From contig CANKXJ010000001.1 in assembly GCA_947487595.1 (NCBI GenBank), positions 1,689-65,688 on the forward strand: a stretch of DNA of 64,000 nucleotides, written 5' to 3'. Under the pieces are notes generated by a model, which had not been told where the DNA came from, did no database searches, and saw only the letters and a program-made list of their open reading frames with translations. How positions within the stretch are numbered: the first letter of the stretch is position 1; the number at the start of each line of letters is the position of its first letter. The translations under genes and the position numbers were made by a program. Shown here piece after piece: positions 40,562 through 50,828 of the stretch. This DNA comes from Actinomycetota bacterium. Its GTDB lineage: Bacteria > Actinomycetota > Actinomycetes > Nanopelagicales > Nanopelagicaceae.

Positions 40562-42112
40562 ATGAACCGTATTTTCTTACGCCTTCGTAATTCACTTGCA
40601 ACTAGAGTGATTATTTCAACTGTTTTGCTCTCCTTAGGCGTTGTTTACCTAACTGGTTCTGCGCTTAACTCTCAGTTAGCCACGGGTATTAGGAAAGTAA
40701 ATCTGGAGTCATCACGTATTGAGGCACGTTCAACAATATTTTCAGCTGAATACCGTTTTCTATTAGCTGAAGGTGAAAAAGAAGCTGCTGTATTTAAGGT
40801 TATTAACGACATTATTAGCTCAGCAACTTCACTTACAACGAATGAAAATGCCAGAGAAGTTGTCTTCATGCGAAGCCCTGGTAACAATCGCATTCAAAAC
40901 TATGAAATTACCTCTAACCAAGTTGATCCAGCATCAATTCCTGAGAATTTAAGTAAGCGTGTACGCAAAAGTGCTGATTTAGTCTCTTCCAATGTCACTC
41001 TCCAATACGCAGGTGGCTTAAGAATCCCTGGTCTGGCTTTTGGTCAAAAAGTTCAGATACCTGGGGCCGGTCAGTATGAAATGTATATGATTTTTTCTCT
41101 TGCTAATCAAAACGCAACCCTAGAATTGATTCAACGTCTCTTAGCTTTGACAGGCTCATTCTTAGTTCTGCTAATTGCATTAATTGTTTGGCTTGTAGTT
41201 CGCCAAGTTGTTCGACCTGTTCGTGAGGCGGCAGCGATTGCAACCCAGTTTACATCTGGAGACTTTCGCCAACGGATGAAAGTAGTGTCGCAAGATGAAA
41301 TTGCCACTTTAGGAACTGCCTTTAATGAGATGGCCGAGTCCTTAGAGAAACAAATTGCACGCCTAGAAAATCTCTCGAGAGTGCAGCAACGATTTGTTTC
41401 AGATGTTTCCCATGAACTTAGAACACCACTAACCACGCTACGAATGGCCTCTGAGGTCATTAACGCCTCCCGTGATGGTTTTGATCCAGTCGTATCAAGA
41501 AGTACTGAACTTTTAGTGGCTCAATTAGATCGTTTTGAAAGACTACTTGAGGATTTACTTGAAGTCAGTCGATTTGATGCTGAAGTTGCTGTTATTGAAG
41601 CCGTTGACTTTGACATTGTCTTGTTGGTTAATCGATGTGCGCAGGACTTGGGGCTAGTGGCCCGAGAGAGGTCTACAGATCTTCGCATTTATTGCATTGC
41701 CGAGAGTATTAATGTGCAAGCAGATATTCGAAGAGTTGAGCGCATCTTGCGTAATTTATTCTCAAACGCCATCGATCACGCTGAAGAAAAGCCAGTTGCA
41801 ATCACAATCGTGGCAAGTGAACATGATGTGGCAGTTGGTGTGAGAGATTATGGAATTGGTTTGGATGAAAACGCCCTTACCCGAGTATTTGATCGTTTTT
41901 GGCGCGCTGACCCTTCACGAGCAAGAATTCGTGGGGGTACTGGTTTAGGACTTTCAATTGCCCTAGAAGATGCTCGTTTGCACAATGGAGAGCTTGAAGC
42001 GTGGGGAAGACCTGGCAAAGGAGCACATTTTGTTTTAACGCTGCCACGTCAAACTCGACAAGGCGTTGAATCACGCTTAATTAAATTAATACCAGATGAT
42101 GTACATGCCTAG
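40562..42112 (+). CDS. mtrB: Sensor histidine kinase MtrB
   Basis: HAMP, QRFVSDVSHELRTPLTT, RFWRADPSRAR..GGTGLGLSIALEDARLH. Confidence 0.93.
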   Translation: MNRIFLRLRNSLATRVIISTVLLSLGVVYLTGSALNSQLATGIRKVNLESSRIEARSTIFSAEYRFLLAEGEKEAAVFKVINDIISSATSLTTNENAREVVFMRSPGNNRIQNYEITSNQVDPASIPENLSKRVRKSADLVSSNVTLQYAGGLRIPGLAFGQKVQIPGAGQYEMYMIFSLANQNATLELIQRLLALTGSFLVLLIALIVWLVVRQVVRPVREAAAIATQFTSGDFRQRMKVVSQDEIATLGTAFNEMAESLEKQIARLENLSRVQQRFVSDVSHELRTPLTTLRMASEVINASRDGFDPVVSRSTELLVAQLDRFERLLEDLLEVSRFDAEVAVIEAVDFDIVLLVNRCAQDLGLVARERSTDLRIYCIAESINVQADIRRVERILRNLFSNAIDHAEEKPVAITIVASEHDVAVGVRDYGIGLDENALTRVFDRFWRADPSRARIRGGTGLGLSIALEDARLHNGELEAWGRPGKGAHFVLTLPRQTRQGVESRLIKLIPDDVHA

Positions 42113-42160
42113 TTTCCACAAGTAAGTTTCTCTCAATTCTTTTCACGATAACTTGGCAAT

Positions 42161-42796
42161 ATGCAGGTTATTTCAGAGCTAAGCCAGTTGCTCTTTCCCA
42201 CTCGTTGTTATGGCTGTAATGCAATTGGAATATCCATTTGCTCAAATTGCCGACGAGAATGGCATCCACATTACTATCTCACCCATATTCAAGGGTTACG
42301 AGTTAATTCAGCAGTTCTCTATTCTGCAACTGCAAGCAAAATAATCTTGGCAGCCAAAGAGCGTGGTTTGAAAGGAGCTGATGAATTAATTATTGAGGCC
42401 ATAATTCACGTTCTTAGTAGAGCTAATTTTGATAAATATAATGTGCGGCTTGTGCCGATTCCTTCTTCGGTAGTAAATGAACGAAGACGAGGTAGAAGTT
42501 TTATTCCCAATATTTGCAATGAAATATCTGTGAGAACATCTATACCCGTAATTCCAGCATTAACGATTATTCGTAAGGTCAAAGATCAGAGCACTCTTAG
42601 CGCAAAGGCAAGGGCTAACAACATGCGCGGAGCTTTTGGAATAGCTGAGAACATTTATCCTCGGGGTGAGTTAATTCTCATTGATGATGTAGTCACTACA
42701 GGAGCCACCGTCTCTGAGGCTGCCAGAGCCCTGAACTCACATGGATTTACGGTCTTGGGCTCGGTTACCGCTTGCGTGGCCCAACCTCTACGATAG
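42161..42796 (+). CDS. comF: ComF-family phosphoribosyltransferase-like protein
   Basis: LFP.RC.GC....IC..C zinc finger, LVPIPS, RRRG, LIDDVVTTGAT. Confidence 0.88.
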   Translation: MQVISELSQLLFPTRCYGCNAIGISICSNCRREWHPHYYLTHIQGLRVNSAVLYSATASKIILAAKERGLKGADELIIEAIIHVLSRANFDKYNVRLVPIPSSVVNERRRGRSFIPNICNEISVRTSIPVIPALTIIRKVKDQSTLSAKARANNMRGAFGIAENIYPRGELILIDDVVTTGATVSEAARALNSHGFTVLGSVTACVAQPLR

Positions 42797-42847
42797 GGGC
42801 TGGGAAATTGGAGTACATCAGTTCGTGAGCTTTGAAAGGTTGCATTG

Positions 42848-45520
42848 ATGCCAGCGTTTTTTGACAAGCTTATGCGTGCAGGCGAGGGCCGCATCCTTCG
42901 GGAGCTGAGCAAGATTTCTGCGCTCGTTAATGCACATGAATCTGGAATTGTTGCAATGACTGATTCTGAGCTTCGAGCACAAACCGAACTCTTTAAAGAG
43001 CGTTTTTCTAAAGGCGAGTCATTAGATGATTTAATGCCTGAGGCATTTGCTGTTGTGCGTGAAGCTGCAAAGCGCACTCTGGGCCAGCGCCATTACGACG
43101 TTCAGATTATGGGTGGAGCCGCACTTCATAAAGGCAATATCGCAGAAATGCGAACAGGAGAAGGAAAGACTTTAGTTGCAACTTTGCCTTCATATTTAAA
43201 TGCATTAGCTGGCCGCGGAGTTCACGTTGTCACAACAAATGATTATTTAGCAGAGCGCGATAGCGAATGGATGGGACGTATTCACCGCTTCTTAGGATTA
43301 AAGGTTGGCGTGATTTTGGCCAATATGACTCCAGTAGAGCGACGTGAGGCATACCTAGCTGACATTACATATGGCACAAATAATGAATTTGGTTTTGATT
43401 ACTTGCGCGACAACATGGCATGGACACTTGAAGAGTGTGTTCAACGCGATCACTTCTTTGCCGTAGTAGATGAAGTTGACTCTATTTTAATTGACGAGGC
43501 ACGTACTCCATTAATCATTAGTGGACCTGCTGATAAAGCTACGAAGTGGTATGTGGAGTTTGCAAATCTTGTAGGTAAATTACAGCGCGAGGTTCACTAT
43601 GAAATTGATGAAAAGAAGCGCACGATTGGAATTCTTGAAGATGGCGTAACAAAGGTTGAAGAGCTTCTACAAATCGGTAACCTTTACGAGGCTGCCAATA
43701 CGCCAATGATTGGTTACCTCAATAACGCTGTGCGGGCAAAAGAGCTCTTTAAGCGTGATAAAGATTATGTAGTGATGAATGGCGAACTACTCATCGTTGA
43801 TGAGCACACCGGTCGCATGCTGGCCGGACGTCGCTATAGCGAGGGATTGCACCAAGCGTTAGAGGCAAAAGAGCGCATTGAAATTAAGGATGAAAACCAA
43901 ACTCTTGCAACTATTACATTGCAGAACTATTTCCGCCTTTACGAGAAGCTCTCAGGTATGACTGGTACGGCCATGACAGAGGCTTCAGAATTCCACCAGA
44001 TTTACAAGCTAGGTGTTGTTCCAATTCCAACAAATCGCAGCATGATCCGTCTTGATCAGCCTGATCTTGTATATAAGTCCGAGGCTGGCAAATTCATCGC
44101 AGTTACGGCCGACATTGCTGAAAAATACCGCAAGGGTCAACCAGTTCTAGTTGGAACAGTCAGCGTTGAAAAGTCAGAGGAACTTTCTAGTTTTCTTCGC
44201 AAAGCTGGAGTTCCCCATGAAGTTCTAAACGCGAAGCATCACGAGCGCGAAGCGGCAATTATCGCTCGCGCAGGTGTTAAAGGCGCAGTAACTGTTGCAA
44301 CAAATATGGCTGGTCGCGGTACTGACATCATGCTGGGTGGAAACCCTGAGTTCATGGCAGATTTTGAATTACAGCGCAGAGGTCTTTCTCCAGTTGATGA
44401 TGCAGAGCAGTATGAAAAAGCGTGGCCAGAGGAAATCACTCGCCAAAAGGCAGCGGTTGCACTTGGCCATGAAGAAGTAATTGCCCTCGGTGGTCTCTAT
44501 GTTTTAGGAACCGAGCGACATGAATCTCGGCGCATTGATAATCAGTTGCGTGGTCGTTCTGGCCGCCAAGGTGATCCTGGTGAATCAAGATTCTATCTCT
44601 CACTTCAAGATGAACTTATGCGTCGATTTAACTCAGGAATGGTTGAGCGCTTTTTAACAGCTGCTGGCATTCCCGAAGATGCCCCTATTGAATCCAAAAT
44701 GGTGAGTAACGCTATTCGTTCAGCACAAACCCAGGTTGAATCACAGAACTTTGAAATGCGTAAGAATGTTTTGAAGTATGACGATGTAATGAATCGCCAG
44801 CGCCAAGTTGTTTATGGTGAGCGTCGAATGGTCCTAGAGGGTGCTGATATCAAGGATCAGGTAGCCACTTTTGTAAGTGACACGCTAACTGCCTACGTAA
44901 GCATGGCCACCTCCCAAGGTTATTCAGAGGATTGGGATTTAGATACTTTATGGAATGCACTTAAGACCATTTATCCAATCTCATTTACTATCGATGAGCT
45001 TGTTGCTCGTGTTGGTTCACGAGCAGGACTTGATGAAGAGTTCTTAACGGTTGCAGTTATTGAAGATTGCAAAGCGGCTTATGCAAAGCGCGAAGAGTCA
45101 CTTGGATCAGAGGCTATGCGCGAATTAGAGCGCAAGGTTTTGCTCTCTGTTCTTGATCGCAAGTGGCGCGAGCATCTATATGAGATGGATTATTTGCAAG
45201 AGGGAATTGGCCTTCGCGCCATGGCCCAGCGTGATCCACTCGTTGAATATCAACGCGAAGGCTTTGATTTGTTCTCAGCGATGATGGATGCAATCAAGGA
45301 AGAGATTGCAGGATTCCTATTCAATATCGAGGTAACTGTTGAGGCCGCGAGCAAAGAAGTGAGTGGCGCAGGTCTTGAAGCTAAGCCATTGTCCTCTAGC
45401 GGTCTTCAATACACAGCCGCAGATGAATCTGGAGTGAAAACTACTGGAGATGTTTCTCGTAATGCGCAATGCCCATGTGGTTCAGGTAAGAAATACAAGC
45501 GTTGCCATGGTGCTGCTTAA
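42848..45520 (+). CDS. secA: Preprotein translocase ATPase SecA
   Basis: [40 protein letters not shown]-terminal [18 protein letters not shown]. Confidence 0.98.
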   Translation: MPAFFDKLMRAGEGRILRELSKISALVNAHESGIVAMTDSELRAQTELFKERFSKGESLDDLMPEAFAVVREAAKRTLGQRHYDVQIMGGAALHKGNIAEMRTGEGKTLVATLPSYLNALAGRGVHVVTTNDYLAERDSEWMGRIHRFLGLKVGVILANMTPVERREAYLADITYGTNNEFGFDYLRDNMAWTLEECVQRDHFFAVVDEVDSILIDEARTPLIISGPADKATKWYVEFANLVGKLQREVHYEIDEKKRTIGILEDGVTKVEELLQIGNLYEAANTPMIGYLNNAVRAKELFKRDKDYVVMNGELLIVDEHTGRMLAGRRYSEGLHQALEAKERIEIKDENQTLATITLQNYFRLYEKLSGMTGTAMTEASEFHQIYKLGVVPIPTNRSMIRLDQPDLVYKSEAGKFIAVTADIAEKYRKGQPVLVGTVSVEKSEELSSFLRKAGVPHEVLNAKHHEREAAIIARAGVKGAVTVATNMAGRGTDIMLGGNPEFMADFELQRRGLSPVDDAEQYEKAWPEEITRQKAAVALGHEEVIALGGLYVLGTERHESRRIDNQLRGRSGRQGDPGESRFYLSLQDELMRRFNSGMVERFLTAAGIPEDAPIESKMVSNAIRSAQTQVESQNFEMRKNVLKYDDVMNRQRQVVYGERRMVLEGADIKDQVATFVSDTLTAYVSMATSQGYSEDWDLDTLWNALKTIYPISFTIDELVARVGSRAGLDEEFLTVAVIEDCKAAYAKREESLGSEAMRELERKVLLSVLDRKWREHLYEMDYLQEGIGLRAMAQRDPLVEYQREGFDLFSAMMDAIKEEIAGFLFNIEVTVEAASKEVSGAGLEAKPLSSSGLQYTAADESGVKTTGDVSRNAQCPCGSGKKYKRCHGAA

Positions 45521-46056
45521 AGCAAGGTAAGAGCAGTACACAACCAACGTTTATCAATACCTTCAAATCGAACTAGCATCGAGCGCAATCGATTCTCATA
45601 TCGAATAGTGATGGTTGCTTCACAAATTCCATCTAGTGGTTCCTGAATATGAATCTTACGAACGTGCCCAATCTCCTTTTGTGAGCCTGATTGTCGAACT
45701 AAGTCAGAGAAGATTCTGTGGTGGCACAAAGATTCAACTTGCCTGGGTGAGCGTCGTCCTGCCCAAATCTCAACAATTGAGTGGACAAAGCGTTCGGTCC
45801 ACACCTTAAGCTCAGGTAGATCGTGTGCAGATGTGGGTTCCGGAGCGAAATCTGGATCGAACTCATCATCAAATCGAGATGGCACTAGATAGAGCTTGCT
45901 GAGTGTGAGTGGTTGAGTCAGCGGCTGGGGCCTAAAGATTTCTAGTAGCGGATGTTGCCAGTCGATATCTGAAGAACTTGTTAGCTTTTCAATGCGAAAA
46001 CTACTGATTAATATCTCTTCTGATACTGGGTTGGTTGTCATGAGTGAAGGCTTCAA
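45517..46056 (-). CDS. Rv3235-family protein
   Basis: EIWAGRR.PRQ, GICEA, R.R....RFE....RWLCTAL; convergent with secA; SD GAGGTG 7 nt before TTG. Confidence 0.8.
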   Translation of the reverse strand: MKPSLMTTNPVSEEILISSFRIEKLTSSSDIDWQHPLLEIFRPQPLTQPLTLSKLYLVPSRFDDEFDPDFAPEPTSAHDLPELKVWTERFVHSIVEIWAGRRSPRQVESLCHHRIFSDLVRQSGSQKEIGHVRKIHIQEPLDGICEATITIRYENRLRSMLVRFEGIDKRWLCTALTLL

Positions 46057-46115
46057 CTATTTGCACCTCATGTGCTCAACCATTGGGTTGAATTCTTCTC
46101 ATCACAAAGGATGAG

Positions 46116-46124
46116 TGTGGATAA
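46116..46124 (-). promoter_or_regulatory. Perfect DnaA-box sequence TTATCCACA
   Basis: + strand TGTGGATAA in the Rv3235/SAF intergenic region. Confidence 0.45.
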
Positions 46125-46163
46125 AGTTGAGGCCAGTGTCAGTCAATGCACTTGGGTGCACTC

Positions 46164-46763
46164 ATGAGAAAACCACCTTCAAATAGTAGATCCAGAATGC
46201 CTTTAGCCATTTCCCTCATCATCGCTTCATTTCTATCAGCCTTCTTTTTAGCCAGCTTCTCTCGATCAACGACAGAGTATTGGGTTGCAACTATTGATTT
46301 ACAGAGCGGGCATCAAATCTCAACTGGAGATCTTTCACTCATGGATATGGATTTGTCCTCTAGCTCCATGGTTTATCTGTCCAGAGATTTGAATCCACTA
46401 GGACAAGTAGTCATAAAGAATGTAGTTGCCGGTGAAGTTATGGCCATTAACTCAGTGAGTTCCACAGCCAAAACTATGGCCAGTAGCGCTGTCCCATTGA
46501 GTATTCGATCTGTTGATCTTTCTGCTGGAATTTATGTTGGCTCCCTGGTAGATATCTATTGGGTTATCGATAGCCTCAATGGTGAATCACCACAGGATCC
46601 GATTCTTATTCTGGGCAGTGTTCCTATTATTAGTGCTGATGTAAAAAATAAGAACTTTGGTACAGATGCAGCGATAACAGTCTCAGTTGAGCAAACGCAA
46701 GTACTACGCCTTCTATCTGCCACAACTTCTGGTCGCTTGGTAGTGATTAGCTCTAATGTCTAG
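46164..46763 (+). CDS. SAF-domain, CpaB/RcpC-like membrane-anchored protein
   Basis: N-terminal TM, WVAT.DL..G..I...DL, V..GE, GSLVDIY, AITVSV; start 46146 or 46164. Confidence 0.65.
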   Translation: MRKPPSNSRSRMPLAISLIIASFLSAFFLASFSRSTTEYWVATIDLQSGHQISTGDLSLMDMDLSSSSMVYLSRDLNPLGQVVIKNVVAGEVMAINSVSSTAKTMASSAVPLSIRSVDLSAGIYVGSLVDIYWVIDSLNGESPQDPILILGSVPIISADVKNKNFGTDAAITVSVEQTQVLRLLSATTSGRLVVISSNV

Positions 46764-47850
46764 CCAAGAACTGCCAGTTGTAATCACGGCGATATCAGAT
46801 GCCCAGTTCGAGGGCTTTGTTTCTGGAACTCTCTTTGCACAGGGGTGGAGTGTGGTTTTTAGGGCTATTGATACAGAGGCACTTGAGAGATTTTGCTTAA
46901 GCAATTCAGAACAAGCTGCCAGTTCACTTCTTATTTATTCTCCAGATTTACCAGGAATTTCTAGTGAAGTGGTGAAGAACTTAACGACAAAGGTTAAACA
47001 AGTCGTTGGATTTTCATCAAAAACTAATCCAGAGTTCGCAGAATTACATCCCAATCCAGCAACTGCCACTGATCTTGTGAGTATTGTGCGAGGTTTTATC
47101 CGTGCACCTATGCTGCGCCCAGCAAGTCAGGTAAGTCGGGCTAACCGCAAAGCTCACGTAGTAGCGATTGGATCTGCAGGCAGTGACACAGGGTGCACAA
47201 CTATTGCCCTCAATCTGGCCATGGAGTTAAGCATCTTAGGTAAGTCAACGCTACTTATTGATGCAAACTTTCGAGCGCCATCCATAGCTGCCCTGATTGC
47301 AATTCGTAATGTTCAATCTGAGTCAGGATGGAGGACCATTGCCCCACAACTAGCAATTGCTGAAATTACTCAGCAAGAATCTGGAAGTATTGATCAGTTG
47401 ATGGAGAGTGCAACACAGAGTTTTGACAACATAGTCATTGATTTAGGATCTATTTCTGGGTTATCTAATCGCTTAACTGATAGGCGATGGACATCAACGA
47501 TGACCACATGGAGTTGCGACCAAGGCGATGAGCTCATGGTTATTACTCGTCCAGACCTACTTGGAATCCATCGCTTAGAACAGGTCTGTGCTTTACTGGA
47601 AAAAACTTCTATTAGAGCTGCACTTAGCTTCACACTCAACATGCGATCTCAAGGCAAAAAAGGTGCTGATGAAGAAGCCCAGTTCCTGGCAATTACTACG
47701 AGATTGCGACCATTGCGTGTTCGAGTCATAAACCGAGATCTGCGGGCGGCATCCAAGGCTCTAGAGGAAAAGGCCACACTCATAGAGGTCAATATGCGCT
47801 CTGCGCTGCGTAAATCAATTGCAACAATGGCCAGTGAGCTCAAGCGTTAA
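46756..47850 (+). CDS. MinD/ParA/CpaE(TadZ)-like protein with receiver-like N-terminus and degenerate P-loop
   Basis: VVAIGSAGSDTGCTTIALNLAMEL, TLLIDAN, FD.IVIDLG. Confidence 0.7.
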   Translation: MSSQELPVVITAISDAQFEGFVSGTLFAQGWSVVFRAIDTEALERFCLSNSEQAASSLLIYSPDLPGISSEVVKNLTTKVKQVVGFSSKTNPEFAELHPNPATATDLVSIVRGFIRAPMLRPASQVSRANRKAHVVAIGSAGSDTGCTTIALNLAMELSILGKSTLLIDANFRAPSIAALIAIRNVQSESGWRTIAPQLAIAEITQQESGSIDQLMESATQSFDNIVIDLGSISGLSNRLTDRRWTSTMTTWSCDQGDELMVITRPDLLGIHRLEQVCALLEKTSIRAALSFTLNMRSQGKKGADEEAQFLAITTRLRPLRVRVINRDLRAASKALEEKATLIEVNMRSALRKSIATMASELKR

Positions 47851-47869
47851 CTTCTAATACTATTAAGGC

Positions 47870-48256
47870 ATGCGAGCCTATCTTCCACTATCTCACGATG
47901 AGCTTGCTGTCTTCCTTAATTCTGGAAGCAAGACCATAGAATCAATTTTGGCTCCGACGCCTTTTTATGTCGGTGAAAATGAAGATTTGGGTGAAGAAGA
48001 GATTGAATATCTCTTATCCCTTGAGGCAGCGCAAGATGCCATTGAACTGCGTTCATCAGATAAAGCACCTGGAATTGTTTTAGCTATTGAGTTAGAGGCC
48101 CAGCAGGTTAACGCAGTCAATGAAAATTCAGTCACCTTGAACTCTGCAATCACATGGGAGCAAGTGCAGTGCGCATTACTTCTCTTTCCTGATGAAGAAG
48201 AATTGATCTGGTTTGCAACCCAAGAGATTGAAATAAACCTAGGGGAGTGGAAGTAA
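47870..48256 (+). CDS. Hypothetical protein (DUF6912-like)
   Basis: MRAYLP, EE.EY...AA, L.WFATQE motifs. Confidence 0.65.
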   Translation: MRAYLPLSHDELAVFLNSGSKTIESILAPTPFYVGENEDLGEEEIEYLLSLEAAQDAIELRSSDKAPGIVLAIELEAQQVNAVNENSVTLNSAITWEQVQCALLLFPDEEELIWFATQEIEINLGEWK

Positions 48257-48257
48257 C

Positions 48258-49727
48258 GTGCCCCAGTTTGAGACATTAATTCATAGCCGCAGCTCGGTTA
48301 CGATCGATCAGGCACACAAGCTGCGCGAGCTAGTTGCTGATTGGCAATTGCTCTCAGATCTCTCTTTTGCCGATCTAATTCTTTGGGTCCCTGTTCGAAA
48401 AGATATGAAGATGTGGCCGACGGGACATGTAGCTGTGGCACATATCCGTCCGACAACTGCAGCAACAGTTTTTACTAATGATGTTATTGGCGATGAAGTA
48501 ATGTGGGGGAGCCGGCCAAGAATTGATTTGGCATTATCTAGCGGTGAGATTGTTCGTGATTCAGAGGCTGAACTCTTCGGTGAAGTGATGATTAAAGAAG
48601 AAGCTGTGCCTGTGCTATTTGATGGTCAAGTAATCGCTGTCATTACACGACATCGCAACGCTGATTTAATGCGCTCACCAAGTCGACTTGAATTAAATTA
48701 TCGCGAGATTGCACATAGCCTTTATCGGATGGTGGCCCAAGGTTCATTTCCTTACCAAGATGCAGGTTCACTTTTTGAACCAGTACCACGTGTGGGAGAT
48801 GGCCTGATTCGCCTGGATGTGAATGGTGTCATTTCATATGCAAGCCCTAATGCTCGATCTGCATTTAGCCGAATGGGATGGAAAAATGAGATTGAAAATA
48901 ACAAACTAGGCGAAGTTGCCGAAGCCGTTGCTAAGAATTCTCCTGATCCCCATGAAGAAGGAATTCGCACGCGTCTTAATGGAAAAACTTTGCGACGCGT
49001 TGATATTGATAATCAAGGTGCAACAATTGATCTGCTGGTACTTCCATTGCTGCAAGGTGAAGATCGAATCGGTGCAATTGTTTTATTGCAAAATGTGACT
49101 GAACTTCGCAGGCGAGACAGAGAGCTTGTTACTAAGGATGCAACTATCCGGGAAATTCACCACCGTGTTAAAAACAACCTCCAGACTGTTTCAGCCCTTC
49201 TTCGCTTGCAAGCTCGTAGAATCGAAGATCCGAGTGCATCATCGGCCCTTAATGAAGCGGTTCGACGTATTGCCTCTATTGCACTTGTTCATGACACGCT
49301 TTCAACAAGTAGTGAAAATACTGTTGCCTTTGATGAAGTGCTTACTAGTTTGATAACTCATGCACTTGAACTAAGTCCTCGAATGGGAGAACTACGGATT
49401 GAGAGAAAGGGAGAACTTGGCTCACTTGAATCCAGGCTCGCAACCCCACTCTCACTTGTCGTTACAGAGCTAATGCACAATGCCCTAGAACATGGCTTGG
49501 CTGAAGAAGGTTCCTTGCTTTCAATTGAACTATCTCGCTATAGCAACGAGTGCGTCATCAATATTACAGATGATGGAGTTGGATTACCTGAAGGTTTTGA
49601 TTTAGCGACTTCTTCAAATCTAGGACTTCAGATTGTCAGAACACTTACAGAGAATGAACTCAAAGGTGTTTTGAAATTACAATCAACGGATTCAGGCACC
49701 CAAGCACACTTGCGTTTTCCACTTTAG
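48258..49727 (+). CDS. pdtaS: Cytoplasmic sensor histidine kinase PdtaS
   Basis: WQLLSDLSFADL.LW, RPTTAAT, PRVGDG, TIREIHHRVKNNLQTV, ELMHNALEHG. Confidence 0.92.
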   Translation: MPQFETLIHSRSSVTIDQAHKLRELVADWQLLSDLSFADLILWVPVRKDMKMWPTGHVAVAHIRPTTAATVFTNDVIGDEVMWGSRPRIDLALSSGEIVRDSEAELFGEVMIKEEAVPVLFDGQVIAVITRHRNADLMRSPSRLELNYREIAHSLYRMVAQGSFPYQDAGSLFEPVPRVGDGLIRLDVNGVISYASPNARSAFSRMGWKNEIENNKLGEVAEAVAKNSPDPHEEGIRTRLNGKTLRRVDIDNQGATIDLLVLPLLQGEDRIGAIVLLQNVTELRRRDRELVTKDATIREIHHRVKNNLQTVSALLRLQARRIEDPSASSALNEAVRRIASIALVHDTLSTSSENTVAFDEVLTSLITHALELSPRMGELRIERKGELGSLESRLATPLSLVVTELMHNALEHGLAEEGSLLSIELSRYSNECVINITDDGVGLPEGFDLATSSNLGLQIVRTLTENELKGVLKLQSTDSGTQAHLRFPL

Positions 49728-49993
49728 AATTGGTTTTGCTGCTCCATTAAACGGGCACGATTACGTGCTGCGCGGCGCTTAAGTGCGCGGCGCTCATCTT
49801 CTGAAAGCCCGCCCCACACTCCAGCATCTTGCCCACTCTCTAAGGCCCAAGCAAGACATGGTTCTTTAACGATGCAACGGTTACAAACTTTTTTAGCTTC
49901 TTCGATTTGGGTAATTGCTGGTCCAGTATTTCCAACCGGAAAGAAGAGTTCAGGATCTTCATCGCGGCACGCTGATTGATGTCGCCAATCCAT
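49724..49993 (-). CDS. whiB1: WhiB1-type Fe-S transcription factor
   Basis: MDWRH..ACRDEDPELFFPVGNTGPA..QIEEAK.VC.RC.V...CL.WALESGQDAGVWGGLSEDERR. Confidence 0.96.
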   Translation of the reverse strand: MDWRHQSACRDEDPELFFPVGNTGPAITQIEEAKKVCNRCIVKEPCLAWALESGQDAGVWGGLSEDERRALKRRAARNRARLMEQQNQF

Positions 49994-50011
49994 GGGGTGC
50001 CCCCTTCATAT

Positions 50012-50035
50012 AAAAGATTTGGGCATACCCAAATC
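50012..50035 (-). terminator. Terminator-like hairpin in the whiB1 upstream region
   Basis: - strand GATTTGGG-TATG-CCCAAATC followed by TTTT. Confidence 0.5.
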
Positions 50036-50165
50036 ATCTAAAACCTTGTGGTGGATATACGCACATCGATGTCGCGCAAGATGTGAATTCTCCCTTGTTT
50101 GGCAGTGATTAACAAGGATGAATGGAAAGAGATTTAGAAAATTAGGGTGATATAGGTCAAGTGAG

Positions 50166-50237
50166 TGCCCCCGACAGGAATCGAACCTGTGCACCCGCCT
50201 CCGGAGGGCGGTGCTCTATCCCCTGAGCTACGGGGGC
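50166..50237 (-). tRNA. tRNA-Arg (anticodon CCG), CCA not encoded
   Basis: GCCCCCGTAGCTCAGGGGATAGAGCACCGCCCTCCGGAGGCGGGTGCACAGGTTCGATTCCTGTCGGGGGCA folds as a cloverleaf with GTTCGA T-loop. Confidence 0.96.
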
Positions 50238-50300
50238 TCATGAGCATGAGTAGGTTATCAGCGGGTGCATCTATCTCGCGAAACTGTCAGAATGAGCGCT

Positions 50301-50828
50301 ATGAGTTCACTGGCATATTTTGCAACAGGTTGCTTTTGGGGTGCTGAGCGCCGTTTTTGGCAGATGGATGGTGTGAAAGAAACATCTGTTGGTTATATGG
50401 GTGGCACGCGAGCTAATCCTTCATATGAACAAGTATGCACCGGAGTTACTGGTCACGCTGAAATAGTTCAAGTTACATTCGATGAGTCACAAGTGAGTTA
50501 TCAGAGATTACTAGAAGAGTTTTGGACCATGCATGATCCAACCTCTTTAAATCAACAAGGTGGAGATATCGGAACACAGTACCGAAGTGCCATCTACACA
50601 ACTACTCCTGAGCAATATGTGACTGCGGTTAACTCACGAAATGTTTATCAAAATGTATTAACTCCAAAAGGCTTAGATGAGATTGTTACGGAGATTAAGA
50701 GCGCCGAAGGGGTTCAATATTTCTTGGCAGAGGAATATCACCAAAAGTATTTACAGAAAAACCCCAACGGATATGACTGTCATTCCAGCACAGGTGTTGC
50801 TTTTCCCAGTGCAGGAATTAATGTATGA
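50301..50828 (+). CDS. msrA: Peptide methionine sulfoxide reductase A
   Basis: GCFWG, TGHAE, HDPT..N.QG.D.GTQYRS, AEEYHQ.Y; start 50292 or 50301. Confidence 0.95.
   Translation: MSSLAYFATGCFWGAERRFWQMDGVKETSVGYMGGTRANPSYEQVCTGVTGHAEIVQVTFDESQVSYQRLLEEFWTMHDPTSLNQQGGDIGTQYRSAIYTTTPEQYVTAVNSRNVYQNVLTPKGLDEIVTEIKSAEGVQYFLAEEYHQKYLQKNPNGYDCHSSTGVAFPSAGINV

Noticed and set aside
46063-46115. ANTAR (PdtaR) twin-hairpin target near pdtaS
   Set aside because: The loops do not fit hexaloops with A1/G4 on either strand; the same holds for the whiB1 hairpin
46116-46124. oriC
   Set aside because: Single box, no cluster or AT-rich unwinding element, no dnaA/dnaN nearby
50166-50237. tRNA as an integration site for a genomic island
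   Set aside because: No integrase, no duplicated tRNA 3' end noticed, and the flanking genes are housekeeping
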